Source: a virus
Virus record (IMG/VR): IMGVR_UViG_3300030019_000008
Strand: one strand, 5' to 3'
DNA: 64,000 bases
This document shows, piece by piece, positions 28,635-39,515 of the stretch. The notes under the pieces were generated by a model, which worked only from the letters and a program-made list of their open reading frames with translations, made no database searches and was not told the origin of the DNA. The translations under genes were made by a program, and so were the position numbers. Positions within the stretch are counted from its first letter, which is position 1. Each line of letters opens with the position of its first letter.

Positions 28635-30860
28635 TCAGCAAATGTTTCTTGCTGCGCGAGCAGACTCTTCCGTGATATCACCAATGGCGTTATATGGATT
28701 AGCCCGTTTAAAGCGCAGCTTCCATCCTCCGACATACATCAGGTGCTTGGATATCTGAAGAGACCTGTTCTGACCCATGATGTGCTTGCGACGGTCAATC
28801 ACCTTCTCGATGTTGGTGGGAGTATCCGAATCCATGATGGATGTACATACCACCATGTGACTGTCCATATTCCCACTTCTATCCATGATGTCGGCAGTGA
28901 TTTCAGGACCGGCATAGGACACGCGAGACCGGCTTTCTGCTTCACCAATACCTCGAACAGTCTGGTCTCGGTATGGAAGAGAGTACCGCTTGTTCGGTGG
29001 TAGCAAGGACAACAGACCAAACTGCTGCCTCAGACCAGAGTCACAAGCTGACCAGTCATCACCCGTCTTCTCCAGCATGACAATATACATACTGCCAATC
29101 ATGAGCGGTTCTTGAGTGACGATAGTCTTGTTCGAGAAGCCCTTGTAAGTGACACAGTCATAAAGAACAGGGTATTTCGCATGAACATCAGCGACTGCCT
29201 GAACTAAATCGACTTCAGATTCTTGTGGCATGTACCAAAACACACCATCGTCACGAACGCCAGGGATGCCATCGTGGAACACATGGAAGATGTGCTCTCG
29301 TTTTTGATCGAGCGTATCTTCGGATAACCTCTCCTTCATTTTGGGTGAGAAGTAACCATAGAACTCCATCAACTCATCGAAGATCTGGTTGACTGTTGCT
29401 TCAGGAACAGCAAAAATCTTATTGCTATCCCTTGTAGCTATTCCATACCGTTTCTTGATGTCGCAGATAACATCTCTGCTGGCTGCATTGATATATTGCT
29501 CATACAGCCTGCCGGGGTTCATACGGTCGATCGTGCTATCAGAACCAAAGATCATTCCGGCACGATTACCGGCTTTGTCAACCGGCATTTGATCACGTTC
29601 CCAGATGGAGCAAACAACTCCTTTGCCACCATAAAGATCGGTAAATTTCGAGCCTTCAGCAGGAACCTTCTTATACTCAATGACGATTGTCACCCGCCAA
29701 TCATCAATCGGTTCGCAGTGATATTCTTTCTTGACCTTGGTCTTGGCATTGTCTCTGGAGCCGCTACGACCCAGGAACCGATTCTCACCAAGAACAGCAA
29801 TCGTGTCATTCACAAGCTGCTGGAACTCAGGAGTGATTCGAAGATTCTCACCACGAGCTCTGAACAACTCATTGTAAACATCGGCTATTTCCTGATGGAA
29901 ATTGACCTTGGCATTGTTGTACTTCTCCAACTGCCGATCCATCCCAGTTGGAGTCATCGGCGGAAGTGTGGCTGGGTCGTGGTCGATACGAATATCGATA
30001 ATTTTCCCACCAATCCCACCAGCATTATTGTTGGTATCGGGATCACCGTAGATGAGCTGGTCGTACTCGAAGTCAACCTCACGCACCCCATTGACGTTTT
30101 CCTCGATCAAGCCAAGAATAGGGTCGTAAGTCCGCAGTGCAGCCAGGATGTTTGCATGAGGCCCGCTGGAGTGAATGAACTCACCAATATCCGGGAATGG
30201 CTTATAGTGAGTTTCATCTCCGTAGAGATTGAGAGGAAACATCTTCGAACCGAACTTAAAGGTTCGGGTCTCATACTGGGAGTATGTGAAGTGCTCGAGC
30301 TCATCACGGCAAATCACAATCGCATCTTCAGCGATAGCCGGATGCGTTGTCATGACCACATTAACTTCACGACCAAGCTGATATCCACCATGACTGTTAA
30401 TAGAAGGCGAGTTTGCGAGAATGGTTCCTTTCTTAACCGTCGAGTTCTTCCTCAGTGAGAGGAGCTCTTGAGTGGGCACATAATCGAATCCGAAGTGCTG
30501 ATGGTATGAGCAGAACTTCGGTATCTCAAGTACACCTATTTCAGCAGTTTCAGCGTCTTCATAAATGATGAATGTGGCAGGGCTTTCTTTGATTGCTTCA
30601 TCGCCGTATGCTCGGCGATAATAATCCACCACTTTCAAGATGTATGCATTGCAAGGCATCTTGATGGAGAATGTTTGCTTACCGAACTCACGCTCCATAC
30701 CAGACTGAATACGTCGCTCAGTACTGTCACGAGCGACGAGAGTTTGACTCAGATGGCTGGCGACCATCTGTTGGCGAGAACTACTGATATATGCTGCCGC
30801 CCAGTTCAAACCCAAGACACCCAGCAATTCACGGCGTATCTGGTTTTGTTGAAAAAGCAT
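28635..30860 (-). CDS. nvRNAP beta-like subunit (phiKZ gp71-73-like), uninterrupted
   Basis: SSRQQM, EDAIVI, GSKFTDLYGGKGVV, RMNPGRLYE and RGIGEAE beta motifs. Confidence 0.92.
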   Translation of the reverse strand: MLFQQNQIRRELLGVLGLNWAAAYISSSRQQMVASHLSQTLVARDSTERRIQSGMEREFGKQTFSIKMPCNAYILKVVDYYRRAYGDEAIKESPATFIIYEDAETAEIGVLEIPKFCSYHQHFGFDYVPTQELLSLRKNSTVKKGTILANSPSINSHGGYQLGREVNVVMTTHPAIAEDAIVICRDELEHFTYSQYETRTFKFGSKMFPLNLYGDETHYKPFPDIGEFIHSSGPHANILAALRTYDPILGLIEENVNGVREVDFEYDQLIYGDPDTNNNAGGIGGKIIDIRIDHDPATLPPMTPTGMDRQLEKYNNAKVNFHQEIADVYNELFRARGENLRITPEFQQLVNDTIAVLGENRFLGRSGSRDNAKTKVKKEYHCEPIDDWRVTIVIEYKKVPAEGSKFTDLYGGKGVVCSIWERDQMPVDKAGNRAGMIFGSDSTIDRMNPGRLYEQYINAASRDVICDIKKRYGIATRDSNKIFAVPEATVNQIFDELMEFYGYFSPKMKERLSEDTLDQKREHIFHVFHDGIPGVRDDGVFWYMPQESEVDLVQAVADVHAKYPVLYDCVTYKGFSNKTIVTQEPLMIGSMYIVMLEKTGDDWSACDSGLRQQFGLLSLLPPNKRYSLPYRDQTVRGIGEAESRSRVSYAGPEITADIMDRSGNMDSHMVVCTSIMDSDTPTNIEKVIDRRKHIMGQNRSLQISKHLMYVGGWKLRFKRANPYNAIGDITEESARAARNIC

Positions 30861-30916
30861 CCTTTTCTACTCCTTTTTCAAATTCGAGCGCTTTATTGTG
30901 ATACGCACTCTAATAA

Positions 30917-30935
30917 GTAATGAGTGCCTGAAAAA
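30917..30935 (-). promoter_or_regulatory. Putative early (vRNAP) promoter motif TTTTTCAGGCACTCATTAC
   Basis: Near-identical copies at 36671, 45156 and 55330, each upstream of a minus-strand operon. Confidence 0.7.
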
Positions 30936-30953
30936 CTTTGGAGCACTTTAAAA

Positions 30954-31289
30954 ATGGATATTGATTCTTTGTCTGTTGCAGCATCAGATGATGTGTTGTT
31001 CACACCTGGATACAGAATTGTTGCTGAGTCCTATATGGAAACGCTGCGTAATAGCAGCGATACCAAAAAGATCACAATTGATCCTAGCGACGCATATGTC
31101 TTTGAAGGGGATTTTTACGGGTACTTGAATAAGCAGATGGTGGCTCCAGGATACCATTGGCTCATCATGAGACTCAATAGCATCCCTTCCCCATTGGAAT
31201 TTGGACCTGACAATCTGGAGCTCATGATTCCGAATGAAACCACGCTCTCCAGAATTTTGTCTATTTACAACTCATCGATCAAGAGTTGA
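30954..31289 (+). CDS. Putative LysM-like baseplate wedge protein
   Basis: YHWLIMRLNSIPSP resembles the T4 gp53/LysM-like motif; weak. Confidence 0.45.
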   Translation: MDIDSLSVAASDDVLFTPGYRIVAESYMETLRNSSDTKKITIDPSDAYVFEGDFYGYLNKQMVAPGYHWLIMRLNSIPSPLEFGPDNLELMIPNETTLSRILSIYNSSIKS

Positions 31290-31845
31290 CGGCCTTGAGT
31301 AGCTTGGTCTTGAGCTTGACCATGTTGTCGGGTGAGATGAATGCGAGGATGATCAGAATCCCGAGCAGAAAGCGGTTTTGCTGTACCGTCGCCATGAACT
31401 TGTCGGCCGTCACGATCTGCGACTGGTACTCAGGTGGAATGAGCGCATATGCGGCATTTTGGGCATCGCTCGGAATCAGCGCATCCGTCAACTGACAGAT
31501 CAGCTCATTCGCCATGATCTTCTTGGAGATCAAGAACTTACCGGCGAAGTAGCACAGCGTGTTATAGAACTCCGGAACAATGGTATCGGGACCACCATTA
31601 CCTGTGAAAACTCGCTTGGAGATCTCGGTCAGACCACTGGCTGTGAAGAGAGTCGGGATGCTATAGTTGGGAACTTGACTCAGCATGTACATGATCCGCT
31701 CAGCATTGCTTTCGGTGGTAGTTGCGAGCAATGCATCCACGAGCGAGTAAATTGCCTTATCTTCATCATCCGCGCGAAAGATGAAACCTTCTGTATAGTC
31801 AAGGAGAGCAATGCCATTGATCTGCTGCAGGGCTTTGGTAGCCAT
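31279..31845 (-). CDS. Hypothetical protein
   Basis: 188-aa ORF. Confidence 0.7.
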   Translation of the reverse strand: MATKALQQINGIALLDYTEGFIFRADDEDKAIYSLVDALLATTTESNAERIMYMLSQVPNYSIPTLFTASGLTEISKRVFTGNGGPDTIVPEFYNTLCYFAGKFLISKKIMANELICQLTDALIPSDAQNAAYALIPPEYQSQIVTADKFMATVQQNRFLLGILIILAFISPDNMVKLKTKLLKAVNS

Positions 31846-31937
31846 TTCAGAATTCCCTAATTAGAAAGAAAAGAAAAAAGACTGCAAAGTAGATACACCC
31901 AGACCACTTGGAAACAAGTTGGTCTGGGTGTATGCTG

Positions 31938-32243
31938 TCATGCGTCAGTAAAGGTTCCCTTTTTGAGTTCGGTCTTCACACGCCGGCGATAGTTCTTGGC
32001 TTCATCACCGGTGATCTTTTTGTGCTTGAGCGACGGATTGATGCAATAGACGACATCATTCATCAAGACGTATCCGTCATTCGAGCCTTCAGCTTCGAAA
32101 TTCTTGTTCATCAATTCGATGGCGTTGTAGAAGGCGGACTTCTTTTCCGATTCGCTCTTCACGATTTGCCTGATGACAGTTCCGTTCATGCGGCCGTAAT
32201 ACAGAACGACTTCATCTTCATCGAACCCAGTCTTATTTCCCAT
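31938..32243 (-). CDS. Hypothetical protein
   Basis: 101 aa, AGGAG RBS. Confidence 0.6.
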   Translation of the reverse strand: MGNKTGFDEDEVVLYYGRMNGTVIRQIVKSESEKKSAFYNAIELMNKNFEAEGSNDGYVLMNDVVYCINPSLKHKKITGDEAKNYRRRVKTELKKGTFTDA

Positions 32244-32311
32244 CTTAAACCTTTCTCCTGATAAGGGGTAGTCTCTCCTCCAGATAAGGAGGAGAGATAT
32301 TTTCCTACCTG

Positions 32312-33559
32312 TTAGATCCGTCCACGGCCGCGAGGACGGTTGTCGTCGAAGTAGCGAGAGCTGCGTTCATCGCGAAAACCACTGCGAGAATCACGTCGAT
32401 CATCACGCTGAGGGCGATCACTGCCGCCGAACAGCTCAGAGATCGAACGAGGGCGCTCAGGCTCGCGTTCCCGCTCACGTCTGTCATCGCGGAAGCTGCG
32501 ACCGTAGTCACGTTCACGACGGTCATCTCGGTAGTCACGATCATAGCCGCGCGTCTGCTCGCGCTGTCTCATAGCTTCAGACAGCGACTGCGGACGTTCC
32601 ACCGGAGCTTCACGAGCAGCAACTGAAGTACCTGCCGGGGATACCGGCGAAGTTCCGGCTACTGCAACAGCCTGCTCTTCACCGCCGCGACCGTCATTAC
32701 CAGCCTGCATCGGAATCCGCATGGCTTCCTTGGCAATTTCACCGGTGTCCTGGATCTTGGTGCTCCAGTCACAATCGATGATGTATTGCTTGGAGTCTTC
32801 GAAAACGTTTGCGAAGCGCTCGATGACGGTATTGACCTGACCAGCCAGGCCACAGACAGTTCCCAGAAGAGCCCGTAGGAATGGAGCCTGATCACTCATG
32901 GTTCCATGCGAGTAACTGTGTTCCACATCACAATCCGGGAAGATGTAGAGCATGATGGCCTTGAGCATCTCCCGATCTTTGACACGCAGCTTCACCCCGA
33001 AAGTTGTTTCCTTTTCGAGTTCAGCCATGATCGGGAACGTAACGATGCCGGCACGACCATACTTCTTGCCGTCCTTGAGCTTCGGGTTCCGGTTCAGGTA
33101 GATGTGAACGAACTTGGGACCGTCCGAGTCAGCATCAACAATCTTCTTGAATGCTGCGCAACTCTTTTCATTCGCATCCTTGGTGATCGTCATGAACTCG
33201 AGTTGTTCGCCCCGCAACTGAGCGTGCTCCTTTTCAGATGCGGAGAGTTCGAGTAGCTTACTGATCATGCAGGCGATGCCATCTTCCAGACGGATGGCGA
33301 ATGCCTTCGTGAGACGATCGAGAACTTCGCTCGGGCCGCGAGAGAGATTCTCGCTGAACGGATGGAAGATCACAGTGGCTTCCGGATCTCCGTTATCGAG
33401 TTGTTCACGAGTAGGAAGGACAATGCGCTTGCCGCCGATGGTGGCAGGGTTGATTTCACCGTCAATGGTTTTCAGAGACAGATTGCCTTCCTTATCGGAG
33501 ATCAGGTTGGCCGAGACTGCAATCTCTTCATACAACTTAACCAAATCCATTTCTTGCAT
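32312..33559 (-). CDS. Chimallivirus core protein (gp70-like) with Arg/Asp/Glu-rich disordered tail
   Basis: Synteny after the PicA-like gene; C-terminal RDDRRERD-type repeats. Confidence 0.65.
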   Translation of the reverse strand: MQEMDLVKLYEEIAVSANLISDKEGNLSLKTIDGEINPATIGGKRIVLPTREQLDNGDPEATVIFHPFSENLSRGPSEVLDRLTKAFAIRLEDGIACMISKLLELSASEKEHAQLRGEQLEFMTITKDANEKSCAAFKKIVDADSDGPKFVHIYLNRNPKLKDGKKYGRAGIVTFPIMAELEKETTFGVKLRVKDREMLKAIMLYIFPDCDVEHSYSHGTMSDQAPFLRALLGTVCGLAGQVNTVIERFANVFEDSKQYIIDCDWSTKIQDTGEIAKEAMRIPMQAGNDGRGGEEQAVAVAGTSPVSPAGTSVAAREAPVERPQSLSEAMRQREQTRGYDRDYRDDRRERDYGRSFRDDRREREREPERPRSISELFGGSDRPQRDDRRDSRSGFRDERSSRYFDDNRPRGRGRI

Positions 33560-33573
33560 TCCTTTCTTGTATG

Positions 33574-35082
33574 TTAGATACGGCCAAAGCCACCAGCGTT
33601 CGGAACGAGAATGCGGCTAGTCGGTTGACTGTTGTCAACATCATAACCAGTGGAGTATCCGACCGCATGATCGATGATGGTGTTGAGATCCCCGGCAATG
33701 CCCAAAGCCCGCTGCTTGTCAGCAGTGACGATAGGCACCAGCAGCGAATCAGCGAACGACGGCACGGAAAACTCATACTCGATATCGCCATTGAGACTGA
33801 TGAGAATCAGCGAATCACCAAGCAGATCGCAGTGCACGAAGATCTTGTAGTCGAACGCATTATTCCTCGAGATATCGGGAAGAATCTCACGTTCGATGCT
33901 GGTCAGCAGCATGGTCAGCAACTGATTCTGAGCATCCCTCACCAGACCCTCATAGTTACTGAGAGTAGCGATGTGCTCACGTTCGAAGTTTCGGTTCGTT
34001 GCCTGCATATCCAGGATCATGAAGCCGTACTTCGACATCGCTGCCGGGATAGCCTGCGCCAACATCGTGGCTGCGATGTGGACATCGTTACGACCATTCC
34101 AAGACGCACCTTCTCCCGACTGGGAATGGAAATAGGTGCTGTTGTCATGAAGACTACCGGGAGTGGCCAGGTCGGTGTGATCCAGTGCCCGAGGATCGAG
34201 GTCTACCAGATCCCGAATCTGGAAGTTGTTATTGGCTACCGTACCGCGAAGATTTGCGATAGCGGCCAAGAACGGATCACTCGTTGCAACCATGTCCGCC
34301 GCATAGCTGCGCGCATTTTCACACACCTCGTCATGTTCAGCAGTCCATCCGGTGTCGATGTTGGCGATTTTGTAACTACTGAGCAGCTTGGACAGGAAGT
34401 TCGATGACTCCCCATTGAAGCGATTCGACTTGACAGCCACACCCGTTGCGAGAGAGGTGGTGTCAGTCAGATCCACGTCACCATCGGTCGTGTTGAAGAA
34501 GCGGCTTTGGTGCATCAGCGGGAACACGTCTTCCGGCCGCATCCGATCCAGGTGCCGTTGATCGAAGATGGATGTGAAGTGGTTGTCGCAGAGTAGATGG
34601 CTGTTGTCCACCACCTGAGTTGACGTACGAATGCCCATCGGGGTGGGGCAATCGATGTTCTTCACCTGGATGATGGAGTTGATGTAGAAGATGGTTTCCG
34701 GCGCAATGACTGCACCACGGCCGGAGTGTGACCGCACTGCGCCCTTGAAGTCCGTATAGCCTTGAATGATTTCTTGGCAGTTGCCCGCCAGACCACCGCG
34801 CACATTGACGACCAACATGAAGGTATTGCGTTCTTCACCCCAGCCATTCGCGATGTCAACTTCACCTTCAACCAAAGATGAAGGAGCCAGGATTGTCGAT
34901 GCCACACCCGACAAAGTGGACGGAGTGATGGTGATGGAGTTCTCAACGCGATCACGGACATCGTTGATTGCTCCAGCGTCATTCGTAATGGTCTCGAAGG
35001 GCCGCCTGAATTGATCCCGATGCCGACCAGACTCACGAACGATGAAGTCCTGAACCTGGATATTTTGTCTTGCCATTTTCAC
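33574..35082 (-). CDS. picA: Phage-nucleus protein import factor PicA/Imp1 (gp69-like)
   Basis: 502 aa; directly downstream of the gp68-like gene in the conserved block. Assigned by synteny and size. Confidence 0.65.
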   Translation of the reverse strand: MKMARQNIQVQDFIVRESGRHRDQFRRPFETITNDAGAINDVRDRVENSITITPSTLSGVASTILAPSSLVEGEVDIANGWGEERNTFMLVVNVRGGLAGNCQEIIQGYTDFKGAVRSHSGRGAVIAPETIFYINSIIQVKNIDCPTPMGIRTSTQVVDNSHLLCDNHFTSIFDQRHLDRMRPEDVFPLMHQSRFFNTTDGDVDLTDTTSLATGVAVKSNRFNGESSNFLSKLLSSYKIANIDTGWTAEHDEVCENARSYAADMVATSDPFLAAIANLRGTVANNNFQIRDLVDLDPRALDHTDLATPGSLHDNSTYFHSQSGEGASWNGRNDVHIAATMLAQAIPAAMSKYGFMILDMQATNRNFEREHIATLSNYEGLVRDAQNQLLTMLLTSIEREILPDISRNNAFDYKIFVHCDLLGDSLILISLNGDIEYEFSVPSFADSLLVPIVTADKQRALGIAGDLNTIIDHAVGYSTGYDVDNSQPTSRILVPNAGGFGRI

Positions 35083-36614
35083 TGTCCTTTCGATCTATCG
35101 ATGCAGTCGATCACAAAGTTAGCGATTAGCGCCTTCAGGTTTGTTGGGATCTGAAGAACTCGCCTTTTTGACTGCAATTCCATTTGCTCACGCCACTGAT
35201 CAGGTAGTGTGGTGATCCACTCAAGCGAGATGATTTGCTTGAACAGTTCATCAATACCGGCCATCGCAGTGCTTTCAATCTTTTCAGTCCTCACCCCCTT
35301 AAACCGATTGTCATATGGGAAGTACTTCTTCAACTTCAATGCCGTTTCAGCCGAGATACGACTATCGACATTAATGTTTCTTACCACGCTACCATCGATG
35401 TCGGCAGGATAAGATCCCACCAGGGCTGCAAAGAAGTGCTGGCCTCGTTTCCACAGAATCGCTTCTGTGACTGAGATCAGAACGACTTGCTTGAGGATAG
35501 GCAGGTCGGGAATCGCCCTGGGTCTGATGTGATCCTTGAGCACGTTCTGAACGATTGCCATCTGAGGACGCATGATGGGTCTGTCGATCAAGCCACCGGA
35601 TGACTCCAGTGCCTCCTCGTACAAACTCCATTCCAAATCCGGCTGCACATCCGCGATTGCTCGCCGCGCATCAGCGTACCAGGCATTGATAGACCTGATA
35701 GTCGGTGCAATGTTGTCGTGAGCCGGATAGCTCTCGAGAATTGCAATCTTGTCTTCATCATCACCACGGCCTTCGAAATCCTTGACACGGATTCCGTCAC
35801 TGTAGTTATTGTCAGCACGGTTGATGATCCCACGAATGTACATCGAGATGAAGGAAACAATGTTCCCCTTCTCAGACATACCCGTGATATCGCCGATGGC
35901 CAGACGCCTGACAACCACTCGCGCCAGTGTGAATTCGACATGGTCTTCACTGCCCACGCCATCGATCACCTTACTCATATCCTTTTTATCGGACTGAATG
36001 TTGTAGGCAACGTAATTGCGCAGTTTCTCCATCTCAGAGGACTTGTAGATTGCAGACTCTGCAATAAGACGGAATGCATAGAACTCTTGGAAAGAACACT
36101 TCATGCTCTTCGTCTTGAGTTCATTCTTACCACGCCACATGTACTCACCCCAGATAGGGACAAGTGCACGCATTGCGATAGCCATACTGATCAGGCGGCG
36201 GTAGTCAGGCTTGAGATACGTGCCTGCTTCCGTAAAGAAATGTTGGTCCGCATTCAGACTTGTTTGTATTGACGACGGTATGTGAATGCGTGAGTCGTAA
36301 ACGACCCAGTGGTGAATCCGGTCCAAGTCATGGAACTTGTCCAGAATCTGCGCAATGAGAATGCGCAATTCGCGATGCAGAGCCTCGGTTGTTTCCGCGA
36401 CATCCAACATCACACGGACTTTATCGTACAGTCCATACAACTCATCTTGTTCTTCAGCGGATAGTTGAGTCCTCCAATACTCGTTGAGAAGATAGAACAC
36501 ATCGGCATCGACCTTCTTGAGTTCAGTGGTGTCGTACTTACCATCTGCCCAAGTAGAACTCTGACCTTTATGCAATGCTTCGATCGCCGTGGCTGGCGAA
36601 TAACGAATTTCCAT
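35079..36614 (-). CDS. nvRNAP sigma-like specificity subunit (gp68-like)
   Basis: 511 aa, helical; position between the ChmC-like and PicA-like genes. Confidence 0.7.
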   Translation of the reverse strand: MEIRYSPATAIEALHKGQSSTWADGKYDTTELKKVDADVFYLLNEYWRTQLSAEEQDELYGLYDKVRVMLDVAETTEALHRELRILIAQILDKFHDLDRIHHWVVYDSRIHIPSSIQTSLNADQHFFTEAGTYLKPDYRRLISMAIAMRALVPIWGEYMWRGKNELKTKSMKCSFQEFYAFRLIAESAIYKSSEMEKLRNYVAYNIQSDKKDMSKVIDGVGSEDHVEFTLARVVVRRLAIGDITGMSEKGNIVSFISMYIRGIINRADNNYSDGIRVKDFEGRGDDEDKIAILESYPAHDNIAPTIRSINAWYADARRAIADVQPDLEWSLYEEALESSGGLIDRPIMRPQMAIVQNVLKDHIRPRAIPDLPILKQVVLISVTEAILWKRGQHFFAALVGSYPADIDGSVVRNINVDSRISAETALKLKKYFPYDNRFKGVRTEKIESTAMAGIDELFKQIISLEWITTLPDQWREQMELQSKRRVLQIPTNLKALIANFVIDCIDRSKGQ

Positions 36615-36670
36615 CTTTACTCCAGATAAAAATGAAACACAGAACTTGATACCTAATGCATCACAGTTGA

Positions 36671-36689
36671 GTAATGAGTGTCTGAAATT
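36671..36689 (-). promoter_or_regulatory. Putative early promoter
   Basis: AATTTCAGACACTCATTAC copy of the repeated motif. Confidence 0.65.
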
Positions 36690-36765
36690 GTTTTGAGTAG
36701 GGATTGTATTAAGAGGGGTGCCTGGTCTGCAGGCGTGTGAGCATTGCAGACCAGGTAGTCATGAC

Positions 36766-37518
36766 TCAGTCGAAGAAACTGTCGGCAGCACCGCCGGCGT
36801 CATTGTCGAAGCTGTTGCTGGCGGGTGCTCCACCGCCGTTGTAACCGCCTCCATTACCACCACCGGAGCGGTTTCCACCATTACCGCCACCGTACCCACC
36901 GCGATTGCCGCCATTGGGATCACGAGGTTCGGGTTCCTTGTACTCGGTCACGTGGATCTGAGCAACTAGTTGGCGAATCAGCGCCACCCAGGACTTGGCA
37001 TAGAGAGCCGAGAGTTCGCCCTTGGAATAGGGAGTTCCATCCTTGTGCTTGTAGCTGAAGAATGCCTCACCTTTGTTGTCAGTAGCCGGGCCGAAGGGGA
37101 ACTTGATGCGAGGACGTTCCTTGTCGAAGGAGCAGACCGAGACCCAGATCTCACCGTCTTCTTCCCGGCCGACATAGACCGTTGCTTGAGTGACCGGCTT
37201 CTCAGAGCGCTGGCCTTTCGGGAAGATGTAGTTGCGGGTCTCGAAGCAATCGGCCCAGGCTTCCTTCGTGTGGATGGCTTTCTCGATCAGGCTGAGGAAA
37301 CCTTCGAATGCCACGGAGTCCAGGGATGCGAGGATCTGGCCGCCCTTATTACGCTCGGTGGCATCGGCCACGACGTTCGTGTAGACGACCAGCCGCGGGT
37401 TGTTCGAAACGAAGCCAACGGCCAACGTTGCCTTCTTGTTGTCGATGTTGTTGGCGGAGAGCTTGAGCTTGGGGTTGTCGAGTGCGTTTTTCTTGCGAGG
37501 TGCGAAATTGCCGGCCAT
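36766..37518 (-). CDS. chmC: ChmC-like nucleic-acid-binding protein (gp67-like)
   Basis: 250 aa with Gly/Asn-rich tail and acidic end; immediately upstream of the gp68-like gene. Confidence 0.65.
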   Translation of the reverse strand: MAGNFAPRKKNALDNPKLKLSANNIDNKKATLAVGFVSNNPRLVVYTNVVADATERNKGGQILASLDSVAFEGFLSLIEKAIHTKEAWADCFETRNYIFPKGQRSEKPVTQATVYVGREEDGEIWVSVCSFDKERPRIKFPFGPATDNKGEAFFSYKHKDGTPYSKGELSALYAKSWVALIRQLVAQIHVTEYKEPEPRDPNGGNRGGYGGGNGGNRSGGGNGGGYNGGGAPASNSFDNDAGGAADSFFD

Positions 37519-37532
37519 GGCTTGTTTCCTTG

Positions 37533-38375
37533 TTACTTGAAGGCACGAATGTTATCCCCGAGGAACTTATTCTTCAGGGAACCAATATCGGAGATGATCT
37601 TCTCATCGGTGGTGATGCTGCTCCATCGTCTGTTTTTTGCCAGTTCGACAATCTCAGAGCGAGCACTACCGAGCATCGGGTGAAATGATTCACTATCCCC
37701 AAAGACCGGCAGCAGTCTTTCTGAGAATGGAATCATCGGCAGTTCCTTTCCATTTGTGTACTTGGTATGCCATGTGTCCCGAGCTTTGATAGTGCCGGTA
37801 TGAGACTCTAACAGATCGAGCTTATCGAATGCTTTGTATCCAAGCAGATCATAGGCGTGGTGAGTAATAATTAACGCACGTGCACGTCGTTGAGTCTTGA
37901 TCTTCAGATCAAACACCCGGATATCCACATCCCTATCTTCACGGAAGGTAGCAAGTAACAACTTGATAGCGCCATTCAGATGAGCTGTGTACTGCTTTTG
38001 TTTATCCGTTCTGTCCTTTCTGACAATGGCTCCCTTATACCGGCGATCCACGTCTGCATAGTTCGAGACATAGAACACTGGATGGATTTGACTACTAACA
38101 TCCCTCAGGATGCCAGTAATCGAGATGATCTCATGATAGAGAGCCTGAGAATAGTCATCAGCAGATGCTTTGAATTTCTGATCAGAGGGAAGAGACCCCG
38201 CCATGTTTCTGAAAAGAGTGCGGATGTTGAACCAGATCTCATCGTAATTCCCAATCACTGATGGCTTGGGGTTCGGATTTGCTTCAGATTCAATACCGCA
38301 CGCATACTCAAGAGCGATGCTCGTGGGTACAGAGATAGGAAAAGCGCCAGTGGCACGAGATCCAAGATTGTCCAC
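37533..38375 (-). CDS. Conserved core protein (gp66-like), possibly PIN/5'-nuclease-like fold
   Basis: Synteny; IWFNIRTLFRN, DLL and LLESHTG segments. Confidence 0.5.
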   Translation of the reverse strand: MDNLGSRATGAFPISVPTSIALEYACGIESEANPNPKPSVIGNYDEIWFNIRTLFRNMAGSLPSDQKFKASADDYSQALYHEIISITGILRDVSSQIHPVFYVSNYADVDRRYKGAIVRKDRTDKQKQYTAHLNGAIKLLLATFREDRDVDIRVFDLKIKTQRRARALIITHHAYDLLGYKAFDKLDLLESHTGTIKARDTWHTKYTNGKELPMIPFSERLLPVFGDSESFHPMLGSARSEIVELAKNRRWSSITTDEKIISDIGSLKNKFLGDNIRAFK

Positions 38376-38384
38376 CTATGCCTC

Positions 38385-39515
38385 CTATTTGTAATCGTTT
38401 ATCAACTGAGCACACCTGCACACAAAGTCCTCTTCAAACCCAGACGAACGAATCCTATCCGCCACCAATTCCGTCACTGAATCAGCAGTGATGATGATGG
38501 GGTTGTATTCCGCATTCTTCAGATCCAGAAACTGTTCCTGACCATCGGCATCATCTTCACTCACTTGCTTTTTAGACCAGCGGTAAAGAGTGTGCTCCTG
38601 AACCAACAAAGGCATGTTGGCAAATACAGGATGAGATTCATTAGCTTTTACGCGAACGAATGATCCAGCAGGTAAGTCAGCTACTCGCTCACGGATGTGT
38701 TCAAGTGCCTCATCGACATCCATATCGGAACAGTCAATTGTGACAAACCGCATTGCCCCCACATTCTCAATGAACTTAGCGCTTCTAAAGCCTGGTCGAA
38801 TAGTGGCTCGCACATAGCCTTTCGCCTCTTCCTGACCTTGTCGGAGACGATCAAATGATCCTTGAGCGATGATTCGATCATAGGTTGAAAAGGTGTGGAT
38901 GTGTCCTACGAAAATGTACTCCTTGACAATTGACAAGTAGTTATCTTCGATGTGGTTCAGATGCTGCTCATTCCCAACAGCCTGGTATGCAAATTGACCA
39001 TGCATGATTGCATAGTCTACTTTCTGCAACCCTTTCTCTTCCAACAGACTGATAACGGATTCAAAAGTTTTGTTCGGGCCACCTGGTAGTTCGTCAGGAA
39101 CATAAAGTACATTGATGCCGTGTCTTTCAATGTACTCCACGGATAGTTCTGTTACGTGCTTAACATCAGCACCAATCCTGGATAGCTCATTGATCTTCAC
39201 AAACCTCTTGGATTGCTTCCAGTCATGACTAGGAGTACCTTCCAGAACACGGAGAATGATATCGTGTTTCTTGCAAAGTCTCAGAAGGTGTGTAATCCAA
39301 AAGTCGATCTCGTGAACTGCATCATCGGGCAAAGAGAGCAGTCGATCGAACACATCTCCAGCAATGAAGATAATGTCCAGCTCGGCTAGATCAGCTGCAT
39401 TACTAAAAGCTCTTTTCAAATTCTGAATGATGCGAACAGCAGGATTATCAGGATGTCCTAAATGGATATCCGATATTGATGCAATGTCGAGCTTATTAAG
39501 CCCGGACACATTCAT
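38385..39515 (-). CDS. SbcD/Mre11-like metallophosphoesterase nuclease
   Basis: SDIHLG, AGDVFD, GTPSHD, MHG and GHIH motifs. Confidence 0.9.
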   Translation of the reverse strand: MNVSGLNKLDIASISDIHLGHPDNPAVRIIQNLKRAFSNAADLAELDIIFIAGDVFDRLLSLPDDAVHEIDFWITHLLRLCKKHDIILRVLEGTPSHDWKQSKRFVKINELSRIGADVKHVTELSVEYIERHGINVLYVPDELPGGPNKTFESVISLLEEKGLQKVDYAIMHGQFAYQAVGNEQHLNHIEDNYLSIVKEYIFVGHIHTFSTYDRIIAQGSFDRLRQGQEEAKGYVRATIRPGFRSAKFIENVGAMRFVTIDCSDMDVDEALEHIRERVADLPAGSFVRVKANESHPVFANMPLLVQEHTLYRWSKKQVSEDDADGQEQFLDLKNAEYNPIIITADSVTELVADRIRSSGFEEDFVCRCAQLINDYK

